Position numbers and translations under genes: made by a program
Part shown: positions 38,789-52,479 of the stretch, in pieces
Position numbering within the stretch: the first letter of the stretch is position 1
Layout: every line of letters starts with the position of its first letter
The notes under the pieces: generated by a model
The model's input: only the letters and a program-made list of their open reading frames with translations
Told to the model about the DNA's origin: nothing
Database searches by the model: none
NCBI GenBank assembly: GCA_030390025.1
Contig: CM059432.1
Location: forward strand, 31,808,001 to 31,872,000
DNA from: Squalus acanthias
Lineage: Eukaryota
Direction: 5' to 3'
DNA length: 64,000 nt

Positions 38789-38930
38789 GATCTGTGCTAG
38801 ATATCATCAAACACGTAGTAGCGAGGGGGGATCACAAGAATGGTGTTTTGGAGGAGGCCGTCATAGCCACCATTCTGAAAGAAGTACTGGAGGGACTTGA
38901 TTACCTGCACAAAAATGGGCAGATTCACAG
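38789..38930 (+). CDS. OXSR1: Internal coding exon (probable exon 4) of OXSR1
   Basis: tctctctgttccag acceptor, 142 nt, gtaagc donor. Encodes (G)[46 protein letters not shown](R). Phases match both neighbouring exons. Confidence 0.95.
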
Positions 38931-39584
38931 GTAAGCACTGTCTGGCCTGGTCCAATGCTGCAGCACATTTTAGATATTGAAGGTGAGTGTGACTCAGCAA
39001 GAGTTCAGAGCTGTAGGACCTTGATTTTTGTTGACACAGAATATTTTTAGCAACATATGGTAGATCTTCTAAGTCACTAAGGTATGGTGGTGATATTACC
39101 CTTGAAGATGCTAAGTCTCACATCCATGTTCCAATGTCTTGAAATGGTTGCTACACCTTTTTTCACTCTTCCCTTCTTTTCCTAGCCACCTCCTTTGTCT
39201 CATTTTTATAAGCACTTGCATTTTAAAGCCAAGGCTTGGTATCACCGCTTTTTGATTTACCTTTATCTTCTCTTACCTATTTTTAACGTTGATGTCTTGT
39301 TCTGTGGACCTTGTCCTTGCTTAGAGCTTTGGTAATGGGTAATGTTAGACATTGGCCAGCATTGCATTTGAATTTTTCAAAATTGAGGTGTTTTGTATTT
39401 TACAGATTAGACTTCTCAACAGTTAAATTTTTTTATGGCGATATAAAGAACAGAGCCCTGCAAGCCAACTTGAGCAGCCTCCATTTAAATATAGCAAATC
39501 GAGGACAGTCTTCCTATTTTTAAAACTGATCGATAAAGTGCAATAACCACATAGTTAGACATGTGAATGGTAATTGATGAGTTA

Positions 39585-39950
39585 TTTTTCCTCCTTTACT
39601 CGTCTCCTAAAAGGTTTGACTCTTGTCTGCAATATGATTTCATGAATGTTACTCTCCAGAACCTCACTTAAGTGACTATTATTGACGTGCGATCTTGATA
39701 GCGAGAAGTCGCTAGAATATTTGACTGATAGAGAATACCACCGTCAACCCGAGTTTGTCTTGACTTGATTTCCAGCAGTGGTCGCTGAGTAGTGATCAGG
39801 AATGCAAATCTTTGGCTAATTTTCTCCTCCTTAAATCAGGAGTGCTGAGGTTATTTATATTGCCCATATGGCTGCCCTGGCTGAGATCAGCTAGCCCAAC
39901 ACAGACTGATGATCAAACTTGGGATCTTCATCGTCTGTATGGCACTGCAT
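39585..39950 (-). mobile_element. Second SINE family, near-complete degenerate copy
   Basis: gagatcagctagcccaacacagactgatgatcaaacttggga head; similar copy at about 50330-50710. Confidence 0.5.
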
Positions 39951-40368
39951 AAATGTCGGAGCCATTGGGGGGGAATATATTTGCACACTCAACAGCATGC
40001 TGTACATTGAACTCATTGTGTGTAATTAAGGGTTAGATTCTCCACTTGCTCATACTGAATGAGTGGGAAATGTAGCTCCAAGTTGGCACTAATCACCTGC
40101 TAGCTTCACAATAGTGTTTCAGGTTTGATATATACCTTAAATACCTGGTGTTAGCACTGTTTTGGCTGGCTTTCCAAATTTTTTTTTTAAATCGGCATGA
40201 ATTGTGGTCATTTTTATTAATCCATGCAGGTTTCTAGAGAGAGAGAGAGAAATACCCCACCACCCCCTATCCCTTGACCAATCAACAGACCTGCTACAGG
40301 CAGGGCAACGAAGCAGTACAGTCAGGAGCTCCCTCAAGATTGAAGCTCAGAGCCAGCACGCATGATCT

Positions 40369-42932
40369 GGGACCCTCCAGATAAATTGGGCGAGTACCTG
40401 AAGTTATGCTTTCAGCACCAGCTTTGCGGTTCAATTGGCTGATACTCCTTACGAGTATCCATTATTCTGTGTTAAAACCATCTGAATCCCTTAATTAGGT
40501 TCCAGCCTTAACTCATTCCTGGGTATCCATTATTTTCTATAATCTACAGGAACTGCTGAATCCAATTACTTCTAGTTATCCCTTACTGATGTAGTAATTC
40601 TTAAAGTTGTGAATGACGCATAAATCTGAACTTGCTTTTCTAATTGTAGCAAGAATCTGTGGTTTGCTCAACTTGGTGTGCAGCGCTGCTGTGGAATGCA
40701 AATCCCATCCTGTGAGAATAGCTGGAGTTTGTCACTTGATATGTAATCAAGAACCAATACTGAATAATTAGAATCTCCGTGCAAAGTTTGCAAGGGCATT
40801 TAAAATGAGCCTCCTTTTTTGCCTTCTCTGTTCTCATACAGAGTTACCCAGATAAGTACTTGACTGGGTTTTTTTTTAAACAATTGAAAAAAATTACAAG
40901 AAAGAGAAGGACATGACTACACAGAGAGAGAACAGAGTAAAACAATGGAGATAACACAGTGGAGTACTGGGCACCCCATTATAGGAATCTTATTAGGGCT
41001 GTGTAAAGATTCATTAGAATAATACCAGGAATGAGAGGTTACAGTTATGAAGAAAGCCAAGCAAAATAGGAGCATGTTTCACTGGAACAGAGAAAAATAA
41101 GTGGGACATAATTAAGGTTTTCAAAACTAAAAGGTTTTGGGAGGTTAAATTGTAAAATATTGTTTCCATTGGTTGGCAAACGATTGACCACATTGTTTCA
41201 GTCAGAGCAATGGAGCAGTGCAACGAGAGGTTTGCCTGCAGTGTTAGAATTTGGGGTGAGTTAAGTGATTTAGGACCCTCCTAGATATATCGGGAGAATA
41301 TCCGTGTTATATTTTCAGCACCAGCATTGTGGCTTTGTTTTGGTTGATTGAATAATAGATACTTGTATCCGTATTCAAACCATCTAAACCCCTTGATTAA
41401 GTTCCAGTCTGTAACTCTCTCCCAATTATCCATTATTATCTATATAAACGATCTGAATCTGTCAGTTGCTCACTTTTTGGTATCCTTTATTCTGTATATA
41501 ATTGCCATCTGAACCCCTCAATTATAACTCATTCCTGTTCTCTGTATAAATCATCTGTACCACTGAATCAAATTACTGCCAAGTAATCACTTCCAACTAT
41601 TCATTATTTATATAACTTAAACTTACTTAAGTTGTGAATGCCGTACAAATCTGAACTTGCTTTTCTAATTGTAGCAGGTATTTGTGGTTTGCTCAGCCTG
41701 CTATGTTGGAATCTAAGTCCCGTCCTGTCAGAATTGCTAAAGTTTGAGTCATTCATCATAGAGAACCAGTAATGCATAGTTAGAATCTCAGTGTGAAGTG
41801 AGCAAGGGCATTTAAAATGAGCCTTCTATTTCTGCCCTCTTCCTTGCCCTTGTGCAGAGAGTTACCCAGAAAACTTATTGAATATTAATTTAAAACTGGG
41901 AAAAGTACAGGAAAGCAAAGAAAATAACTACTGTAAGAAAAAAAAGTAAAACAATGACTAAATACAATGGAGTATAGTGTACACATCTGGGTGCCCAATT
42001 GTAGGAATGATAGAGCTATGGAAAGGGTACACTGAAGATTCATGAGAACAATACAAGGAATGAGAAGTTACAGTTATGAAGAAGTGCTTGAAAAATTCAG
42101 TGTTTTTTCACAAACACAGTTAAGTGGACCTATTTAAGGTTTTTAAGAGGTTTTGAAGTTAAGTAGTGAAATATTGGGCCAGAAATTCCGTTTTCCGGCT
42201 TCCTGCAGGTGCAAGCATCGCGCGCGTACTTACCTACCGCGCCTGCCGTTGTGTTTTGGGCCCACGAGAACTTCGGGTTCTGGGCCTCCTCCAGCTGCCG
42301 GTGTGCAGTGCTTGCATGTCCCAGGGGCGCAGTTAGTTCGAAGCGTCCCCTGGGATCACGTGGGCCATGGAGAGCCAATCCTAGCAGGGCATTTTCATTC
42401 ATAGATTTGACAGGAAGACCTGTCAAATCTATGAATTGAAATCGGCCCCAAAACAACACCTAAACTTCAAATAATTTTTTTTTTAAATCACATTTTTAAA
42501 ATAACTTAAATAAATTAACTACTTTAAACAAAAATTTTAATTTTTGAAAAAATTAAAATACTTTTTAACTGTGCTAAAAATAAACGTACCTTTCTTTAAA
42601 GTATCTAAAAAAGATAAACCTGTTGAAAAAATTTTTAAATTGTAATTAATTAACCACTTGTTAAAAACGGGTCTTGCGCCTCCTTTTTAAAAGCGCAGCT
42701 TCTTCCATACTTACCTTCCCAGAGAAACCTGAAAAAAAAACGAAGTTCGCTGCGTGCGCGCAGCCTCTCCCGCACACGCGGTTCACCTGAACCCCTCCCT
42801 TCACGAGACCGGAAGTTCCGGTTTCTAGTGCATGCAGGAAACCGGCACTTCAAGTGGCCTTACGGGTGAGTACACAGCGCGTACTCACCCGACAAGCGCC
42901 GAATTTCTGGGCCATTGTTTGCACTGGTTGGT
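40369..42932 (+). repeat. Old ~0.9-kb tandem duplication (unit A about 40369-41186; unit B about 41272-42932 including the MITE)
   Basis: Collinear shared blocks: ttcagcaccagc, aagttgtgaatg..aaatctgaacttgcttttctaattgtagca, gcaagggcatttaaaatgagcct, gagttacccaga, gttacagttatgaagaa. Confidence 0.85.
42176..42913. mobile_element. Non-autonomous PIF/Harbinger-type MITE, 738 bp
   Basis: TIRs GGGCCAGAAATTC and (reverse complement) GGCCCAGAAATTC. TSD ATT at 42173-75 and 42914-16. The empty site is visible in the paralogous duplication unit (aaatattgttt, about 41155-41165). Confidence 0.9.
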
Positions 42933-43029
42933 GGATTGGTAGCAAGGAGGAGGCATAGACTCAGGATTATCACCAGCAGATCGAAGGGGAAAGTTAGAAA
43001 GATTTTTTTCCAGAGGGTTGCTGGAATAT

Positions 43030-45605
43030 AAATTGTAAACAACAGTGGTTCCAGCACTGATCCTTGTGGGACCACACATTCCACTTTCTACTACTCTGAA
43101 TAGCTGTCCTTTACCCCATCTCTCTGCTTTGTCTTGCAGCCAGCTAGCTATGATTATGCTACTTGTCCCCTGACTCCGCATGCTCTGACCTTATTCATTA
43201 GTCTATTATGTGGCACCTTATCGAAGGCCTTTTGGAAATCTAGATAAATTACATCTACTGCATTACCCTTGTCTACTCTCCGTTACTGCTTCAAAAAATT
43301 CAATGAGATCGGTCAAGCAAGACTTTCCCTTTTGAAATCCATGCTGACTATTCATTACTATATTTTTGTTTTTTAGATGTTCTGTTTTCTTTAGTAGAGA
43401 TTCCATTATTTTTCCTACCACAGATGTTAAGCTGACTGGTCTCTAGATCCTTGGACATGTTCTATCTCTCTCAAATTTAGGTATAACATTAGCTATCTGC
43501 CAGTCCTTTGGCACAACACATTTTTCTAATGAATTACTAAATATGTGTAATGGTGCCTCTGCTATCTCTTCTCGATTCTGTTAAAATGTGCGGATGCAAT
43601 CCGTCTGGACCAGGGGTTTTATCTTCTTTGAGTTTGATTAGTTTATTTAATATTTCTCATCTTTTTTTATTTTTAAATGTGGTTATAGCATTTCTAGTCT
43701 CATCTTCTGATGTCATAAACACCTGACCTGTCTCCCCGTCTTGCTGATAAATACTGAAGCAAAGTAATTATTTAATATTTGTCATTTCGCTATCGCCTGT
43801 GATTTTATCCTGTCCATCCCTTAGTGGCCCTATTCCCATCCCGACTTTCCTTTATTTATATGCCTGTGGAATATTTTACTATTTTGTTTTATGTTCCTTG
43901 ATAATTTAAGTTTATAGTTCCTCTTTGCCTTCCTAATTTTGTTTTACTTCTCTCCTAATCTCTTCATATTTTCCCTTGCCATGCACTCCCCAGCTGTCCA
44001 TGTACTAAGTGTATGCCTCTTTCCTTGCCCTCAATGTTTCCCTTCTGCCTTTATTCATCTATGGTGTCTCATTAGTGTTTAGTTTGTTCTTGGTTTTTTA
44101 GCAGAATATATTTTTCCTGGACTCTGTTGGACACCGTTTTAAATGTTTCCCATTGCTGTTCTACATCATAGTTCGCCAATCATAGAATCGTTACAGCACA
44201 ATAGGAGGCCATTTGGCCCATCTAGCCCATGCTGCTCTCTGCAATAGCACTTCAGCTAGTCCCACTCCCCCGCCCTTTCCCCATAGCCCAGCAAATTGTT
44301 TTCCTTCAGGTACTTATTCAATTCCCTTTTGAAAGCCACGATTGAATCTGCCTGCACAATATTGTCCAATTTAAGTTCTATACTCAGCCCCTCAAAATCG
44401 GTTTTAATCCAATCTGTTACCCTGGTCTTTGTCATGCTTATGTCCTTCTCAATTATTATCTTAAAGTGTATTATTATGGTTACTATTTTCTAGATGTTCC
44501 CCTACTTTTACTTATCTGCTCCGTTCATTCCCCATTACTAGATCCAGTAATGAATCCTCCCTTGTTGGGCTTCTTACATGCTGGGTTAGAAAGAAGTCCT
44601 GTACACATTGTACACTCCCTTATCCCCTATACCTACCTCTTCTGGCCAATTAATTTTGGGGTAGTTGAAATCTCCCATGATTATTCTGCTTTTTTAACTA
44701 ATTTCCCTAATTTGTTTGCATATTTCTTCCTCCACCTCCCTTCCACTATTAGGTGGTATGTAGCAATGTTCGTTCGTTTTTTTTTTGGCCTGTGCAGCCC
44801 CTTTAACTGGCTGCGCAGGCCATTCAAAATTCCGCGCATACGCGGTTTTTCTATATTTAAAGCTAGTTCACCGGCTGCGCGGGACCTCCACAGCACGGCC
44901 GTGCAGCTTAAAGGGAACATTTATTTGTAGACTACCCCATTAGTGTGATTTGATCCTTTATTATATTTTATTTCTATCCACATGGATTCTATTTCTATCT
45001 TACTGATGGCTGGGTCACTTTTTTTCTGCTGCCATTATGTTATCTGTACTAAGTACAGCCACTCCACCTCCCCTTTCCCCCCCCCTCTGTCTTTTCTAAA
45101 TATGTTATACCCTGCAATGTTTAATTCCCAGTCCTGACTTTTCTGTAGCCATGTCTCAGTAATCCCTACTATATCTAGTTCCTCAACGTATTATTGCCTC
45201 CAGTTCACCTGTTTTATTACAGACACACTGCATTGCTGTACAGACAGTTTAACTCATTTTTAATAGCAGTTCCTCTCGCCTTATTTTTAACCATCTTTTT
45301 ACACTTCTATTCTATAATTCTGTTTATTCTCTGGCCATTTATGTCCTCCATTAATTTAGTCCTATGCTCTCCTTTCCAGTTTTGTTCAGATTTAGGCTTG
45401 TTTCATTTTTTCTAGAAGCCCACCGCCCCCATGTCTTACTAGTTTAAATCCTTTGCCACCTCCCTATTTACCCTTTCCGCTAGGACACTAGTCCCATTCC
45501 GGTTTAGGTGGAGCCTGTCCCAGTACTGGTGCCAGTGTCCCATGAAAAGAAAACCCTCTTTCCCACACCAGCCCTTTAGCCATGTGTTAATTCTCCTGAT
45601 CTGTC
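43030..45605 (-). mobile_element. Old internal CR1 fragment (ORF1 end, endonuclease, RT), carrying nested insertions
   Basis: Minus-strand VPQG.VLEPLLFTIY, AFDKVPH-like sequence and ORF1-like NTWLKGWCGKEGF. Nested CR1 tail at about 44180-44357 and a MITE at 44764. Confidence 0.8.
44764..44922. mobile_element. Small hAT-type MITE
   Basis: Termini CAATGTTC...GGGAACATT with degenerate 8-bp TSD GTATGTAG/ATTTGTAG. Reverse-complement homolog of 48780-48947. Confidence 0.7.
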
Positions 45606-47571
45606 TGTCAGATGGAAGAGAATGGGATAGGTATTTGAAAAGGATATAAGAAAAGGGCAAGGCAATGGAATTAGAGTAGATAGCTACAATGGACCGATCA
45701 GATCTGGAATAATGATTGTCTTTCCAATGTAGTGGTTAACTGCATCCAAATTGACAGAGGGGGCAAGAGGAATCATTGAGCCACAGTCACACGGGATGTC
45801 ATTGGTGACTGACCAGGCTCGTCCCAGTGCTGTGGGTCGTTGGAAACCAGCTTGGAGGAAGGACTGGTGAGAGGTGAGCGCATAGTTGGTTGGCTACAAA
45901 TATTTGATGAGAAACGGCAGGTTATAGATACAGCAAATATTTGTGAAAATTGTCATTTTTTTAAGGCAGGGATAATGATATTCGAAAATGGCAGCAACTG
46001 AGGTTGACAATTTCAGAAAGCATGGAACCGAGATGGGAACGTTGGGTGCTGGGTTCAACGGGATTGAGGTGGCAGATGGTGAGCTTCAAGGGGGAAATGA
46101 GGCTGAGTGGGAACAAGTAGAGTTTAGAGGATGAAGGTTGGGAGGGGAATTAGGAACTAGTGTGGGAGGAGAAGTTGAGACAGAGGAGGCAGAGCATATT
46201 ATGCCTGATATATAATTGTTCAGTTTGGTTTTCAATTTTTGTTTGTTAGAGTAAATGTGGCAACTTAAAAGATGAGGGACAGGTGAATTGCATTACAGTG
46301 ACTAAGTTGTAAATATCAGTGGATGCATAAAATAGAGAAAAATCTGAATTTCTACTGATCCTGCCTCTAAGGAGGATTGAGGTAGAATTCAATGTTGACT
46401 TTGTCTGGATGTAGTCAGAGCGCCGCTTGCTCTATAGAGTTAGCCTTATGATGAGAGCTATGCAGAAATGGTCAAAGGAGCGAAGAGAAGTAATTGTGTG
46501 GCAATCACACAATGTCGCAATTGTCAGAAACAAATAAAGCTACATTGTAACTGAGCATAGTCAAAATGGCACTGGTACTGTATCAATGAAACCACCGGGA
46601 TCATTTAATATCCATTTCCCAAAATCATGATCAGTCAGTTTTAATGGTTTATCAGTTAGGAATCCATATTTTATCAGGGACTAAATTCTGGGAATTAAAA
46701 AAACACAAGTACTGATTATAATTGTAATATTTGGCACTAGTAATTGTCACTGATTGCTTTTTAATCACAGGACTGACCGTTAATACAGTAAATTTCTTAC
46801 TTGTAGTTAGGAAGTTTTCTGTGATACAAAATTCAATGTTTTTATTTTTAAGGGAGGCTTGCACGCAAAACCTTCAGTGATGTGCAAGGCCAAGTGCCCA
46901 TGCAGCCAGTGACGCTACTGTTACAGTACTAATGTAGCTGCTTCAGAATGCAAAGGGCTCCTTCCCTTCAGTGATGTCACTGGAGTGGCTTAGAGGCAAG
47001 GAGATGCAACAGGGTAATACTCTATGGGGCTTAAAACTTTGACGACTTAAATATAAGTTTACATTTTTCCATTTTTTAAAATAAATAAACAGTTCCTAGG
47101 AGTACTTTAAACAAGAATAAGCAACTCTTCGACTTGCCTTATTCTTCAATGATGTATAGCTCTGTCTGCCAGTGATTAGTGAAATCCGTTCTGTTCTGAA
47201 GATTGTATGTCTAGCCCATTATATTCAGAAGAATGTTAATGTACACACCCAACAAATTAACAAAGCATTAAATCTGACTGTTTTGATGGTTTAATTGGAT
47301 GCCCTGGATTCCCATTATACAGTTAACATTAGCCAAACTGTGTACAGTAATTGTCAAATCAAATTACACATGCCCGTAGCCAGAGTGTGCAGTGGCATCT
47401 TTACTGCCAGGCCAACTTGTTGAAGGATTCTACTGTGTTAAGAGCCAAACTGTCCTTTTAATTTGGGGATTGAATTACATTGGGCCTAACAATCCGTGTT
47501 GTTTATTTTCTGTACAAGGAGTTATTCTAACCCATGTGCCCACAGTCCCCATATCCCTTTAACACTCTTTC

Positions 47572-48561
47572 AGACCCCAGCTATTCACAATATATATTAA
47601 TGATCTAGACAAGGGAACTAGATGTAATATCTCCAAGTTTGCAGACGACACACAGCTGGGTGGGCGTGTGTGCTGTGAGGAGGATGCAGAGAAACTCCAG
47701 TATGATTTGGACAGGTTGGGTGATTGGGCAGATGCATGGCAGATGCAGTATAATGTGGATAAATGCGAGGTTATCCACTTTGGTGGCAAAAACAGGAAGA
47801 CAGATTATTATCTGAACGGCAATAGATTGGGAAAAGGGGAAGTGCAACAAGACCTGGGTGTCCTTGTGCACCAGTCGCTGAAGGTAAGCATGCAGGTGCA
47901 ACGGGCGGTTAAGAAGGCAAATGGTATGTTGGCCTTCATAGCGAGAGGATTCGAGTACAGGAGCAAGGATGTCTTGCTGCAGTTGTACAAGGCCTTGGTG
48001 AGACCACACCTTGAGTATTGTGTGCAGTTTTGGTGGCTTTATCTGAGGAAGGATGTTCTTGCCATGGAGGGAGTGCAGCGAAGATTTACCAGACTGATAC
48101 CTGGGATGGCAGGAATGACGTATGAAGAGAGATTGGGTCGATTAGGCTTATATTTGCTAGAGTTTAGAAGAATGAGAGGGGATCTCATTGAAACTTATAA
48201 AATTCTAACAGGACTAGACAGACTAGATGCAGGAAGGATGTTCCCGATGGCGGGGGAGTCCAGAACCAGAGGTCACAGTCTGGGGATAAGGGGTAAGCCA
48301 TTTAAGACTGAGATGAGGAGGAATTTCTTCACCCAGAGAGTGGTGAACCTGTGGAATTCTCTACCACAGAAGGCAGTTGAGGCCAATTCATTAAATATAT
48401 TCAAGAAGGAGATAGATATATTTCTTAAGGCTAAAGGGATCAAGGGATATGGGGAGAAAGCAGGGACAGGGTACTGAATTTGGATGATCAGCCATGATCT
48501 CATTAAATGGCGGAGCAGGCTCGAGGGGCCGAATGGACTACTCCTGCTCCTATCTTCTATG
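47572..48561 (+). mobile_element. CR1 3' fragment with uninterrupted RT C-terminal ORF
   Basis: 269-aa ORF 47668-48477. Near-identical to 907-1860. Interrupts an older antisense CR1 tail. Confidence 0.95.
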
Positions 48562-48779
48562 CTCCTTCAAACACCTATCTAACCTGTTTGGAAATTGTGA
48601 CATGGTTTACGCTTCAATCACTAACTCTAGTGGTGCACTGTCCTTAACCCGCTGTGTTTATATAAAAAAAAAGTTTCTCCTGCTCCCTGGCCTAAAACAT
48701 TTAATCTTGTATCTATGGCCCCTCGTTCTAGACTCCTCAATCACTGGTAATAGTTTGTTTATATTTATTGTGTCCCAAC

Positions 48780-48947
48780 TAATGTTCCCCCTAAGGTGTA
48801 TGGCCACGCAGTAATCTCGAAGGTCCTGCGCAGGCCGCTCACCGGTTTTTACATTGTAAATACCGCGCATGCGCAGAAATTTAAAAGGACCGCGCATTAA
48901 AAGAAACAGGCCAGCGGAGAACAAAGCGCAGCTTGCAGGGAACATTG
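48780..48947. mobile_element. Small hAT-type MITE
   Basis: TIRs (T)AATGTTCCCCCTAAG and CTTGCAGGGAACATTG. Flanks GTCCCAAC and GTCACCAAC. Central GCGCATGCGC. Confidence 0.72.
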
Positions 48948-51351
48948 GTCACCAACCTTCATAATTTTAAAAATCTCTATACAATCACCTCTTATTCTCT
49001 GTTCTAACAGCCCCAAATTTACCTCATTTGTATTTCCTCATACCAGGCAAGATCCTACTGAATCTGCACTGTACCCTCTCTGTTGCCTTAACTCATTATG
49101 CTATGGAGCCCAAAGCTGTACATAGTACTTCAGCTGTGGTCTTACTAAAGTTTTCTAATAGATTCACCATTAAATGATCCATTCTTGAGGCAAGGCAGAG
49201 TTCAGCAATCACTAACTCTCATCCCTAAAGTTTAAAATAGACACGATCTTACAAGTGATGGAGTTCAAAGCGTATTTTCTTTTTTGTTGTGAAACCTTGG
49301 TGAAGGGTCAAGGCCCCAGAGTTCTGGGTGGCACCAAGTTTAGAAAGAGTAGGAGAGGAAGAGGTTAATTGAAGAGAAATGATTTGATGCCACCAAGCTT
49401 AGGTTTTAAGAGGTTGTTCCAGGTGAGTAATGAAAGAAACAGGCCGCGGAGAACAAAGCACAGCTTACAAGGAACGTTGGTTCCAAACCTTCATAATTTT
49501 AAAAACCTCTATAGAATCACCCCTTATAGAATCTCCTCTGTTCATAAAAAAACAACCCAGCCCCAATGAAAGATGCGGGGAGAGCATCTTTCAGTGTGTC
49601 TGTAAATGGACATGGGTGTGACATGCAATGCTGTCACCGGTTGCTTCTAATGCATTAAATTAGGCTTTATTATAAAAAAAAAGTTTGTTGTATTGATCTG
49701 CTTGGATATAAACTACCCTGGAGTCAGTGTGATAGTTGAATTGGTACATGGGTTTCAGGAGCTCAGCTTGCACAAAAGATGGTGGTGAGTTTGTTTTTTA
49801 ATTCCACCCCCCCCCCCCCCCCCCCCCACCCAAATATTCAGTTTTCTCCACTTTTGTCCTGACTTGTACTGGGTCGTAATACTATGGCCACCTGCTCTTC
49901 GATCATTGGTCCTTCTGCATGTGTGAGCAAAGGCAGGCATCACAGCCAAGCCTAATGTGTTCTCATCCGAAATCCACTCCAGCAGGAGTAGGAACCTTGG
50001 CAGTTTTTACACAAGTACAGAAGCCAATTTGTAGCCCTTCCTACTGGCACCCTAACTTAAATCATCGAAGACTGGGAATTAAACCATGGGCATTCTGGTT
50101 TGAATGGCTCATCTGCTCACTGGAAAAACAAGCCACTGCAGGAGTCTTCAAGACCTGACTTTCTTTAAATAGAAAAGCTAAAAATGCGTGTTGGATCCTC
50201 TTGAGATGCTACACCAGGAGAGTGCGAGGATACCCATTCCACACTGCCTTTCCCACTGCACCAAGCCATTTATATATAACTGAAGATGTGAAGCAGGATT
50301 TTATGTGGTTTGCGGCTGCACTGTCTAGTTTTCCTGTTCTTTCTGCTCCTCACCTGAAAGCACTGATTCTCACCGAGGTAGGGTTCCATAGATGCCTGCA
50401 GCCTTCTACTACCTTGCCCAAATAAGCTCAACAGAGTGAATGAACAGACTGTTTGACCATGACAGGCATTTAACTCTCAGCCAAATCTGTCCTTACTTGG
50501 AAGCACTTTGTGACAAGAATCCCTGAATAGAGATTCGGAGCCTTGGCTGATTTTCCTTCTCCCATCCCCAAGTTTCGGGTCTGAGACCAATTACAGTGCC
50601 CCACCTGCTGCCTTGTTCGAGATCAGATAACTTAGCCCAGTACTGGAGATCCAACTTGGGATCTGTATGTTCAGTAGCACATTAGCTGGTGCACTTACTT
50701 ACCCAGCCATTGCATAAACTACTGCAATGCTTTCATCAGGATTAAATTGCTTTGGTAAACTAAATGATGGATCAATTATGTTGCTAGCTTTTAAATAAAA
50801 CTTACTGTTGGAATGAGTTTGACTTTGCTGCTTGACTAACTACATTGGTGACTGTTTTATAGGCCCTATAATTCATTTAGTTTGTGAAGTTCTGGGATGA
50901 CTGGCATACCTTTTGTAATAAATCTGAGATGTATCGATGTGTTAAGTCTGCTATGCTGCTAAATTTCCTATCCGTTTGCATCAGTTGGTTATTATACTGT
51001 TGTGGATGCTGGCGCTGCACTGCATGACGATCTCGCCTGGCACCAGTGTGACTCCCTTATTGTAAACCTGAGTCCTGTTTACATAGATCAGTGCAATGAA
51101 TATGCTTCTGTGGTTCAAGATACTTTCTAAACTGTAACTGATGTTCAGGAGAAGTGTAGTAACTTTAATTAACTTAAGTAACTTAAATTGTGGCTTGGTT
51201 TTTGTATGTAATTACATAGAACTTAAAAAGAATCAAAGTACTGTACTATCATTTTTTTTCAGTTTTTAATTTCCTCCTGAAGAAATTAATGCTGGTGCCA
51301 ATTGCGCTCTCTTCCCTCACCAAGTGCCTATACTTCATGTATGAATCAAGA

Positions 51352-51930
51352 CAGTGAAGGTACTCCCACAGGGCTGTTAGGTAGGGAATTCCAGAATTTT
51401 GACCCAGTAATGATGAAAGATATATGTCCAAGTCAGGATGCCACGTGGCTTGGTGTGGAACCTGGAGGTGATGGTGTCCCCATGTACTTGCTGCCCTTGT
51501 AATCCTAGGTGTGGGAGGTCGTGAGTTTGGGAGGTGCTGTAGGAGGAGCGCACACTGTACACATGGATAATACACAGTGTGCCAATGGTGGAGGGAGTGG
51601 ATGTTTAAGGTGGTGGATGGGTTGGCGATCAAGTGGACTACTTTGTCCTGGATGGTGTTGAACTACTTAAATGTTGTTGCAGCTGTGCACAGCCAGGCAA
51701 GTGGAAAGTATTCCATCACACTCTTGACTTGTGCCTTGTAGGTTTTGGGGAGTCAGGAGGTGAGCCACTCACTGCAGAATACCCAGCCTTTTACCTGTTC
51801 TAGCAACCACAGCAATTATGTGATTAGTTCAGTAGAATTTCTAGTCAATGGCGACCCCCAGGATGTTGATGGTGGGGGATTCAGCAATGGTAATGCCGTT
51901 GAGTGTCATGGGGAGGTGGTTAGACTCTCA
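51352..51930 (-). mobile_element. LINE family B fragment
   Basis: Reverse complement of the 35300-35900 sequence. Confidence 0.75.
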
Positions 51931-52257
51931 GTATATCTGCTGCAAATTCAACAAAATGTTGAAGTTTTAAGCTTCTTCACTGCACAGAAGGATTGGGTAA
52001 ACTTTAGAAAGGAACAGTGACAAGCTAATTTGTTTTTGTGTTTTCCTTTCAGCCAACTCTTATAGAGAGAATAAGGTGCATGAGCTAATGTGGTATTTGT
52101 CCTTGGAAGGATCCGTCAGTCAATTGCTGGATTGAGTTTGACCCTCTTTTTTTAGGTCCCTCCTTAACACAGGAATTTTCCATTAACAGCTGGTACTTTG
52201 GAGCACTTTTGTCCCTTTTGATTCCTGCACAGCTGAATTGCTTTATTTATCTTGCAG

Positions 52258-52313
52258 GGACGTGAAGGCAGGAAACATTCTTCTCGGAGAGGAAGGCTCA
52301 GTACAAATTGCAG
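52258..52313 (+). CDS. OXSR1: Internal coding exon (probable exon 5) of OXSR1: catalytic loop
   Basis: tttatcttgcag acceptor, 56 nt, gtaatt donor. Encodes (R)DVKAGNILLGEEGSVQIA(D), completing HRD and ending inside the DFG Asp codon. DVKAGN is OXSR1-type (STK39 has DLKAGN). The next exon was not found in the window. Confidence 0.94.
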
Positions 52314-52479
52314 GTAATTACCGGCACAGTCAATGAAGGAAGTAAAAAAAAAATTCAGTGCATTAGGGTAAGTTAGCTAAAGTGAAATGTCTGATGTGGA
52401 TATTGGGGAAACTACAAAAGCAAAGAGATGTCTGACCTTGGATTTTAACTCATTGGATTTCACTGATGCAAATTTAAGC

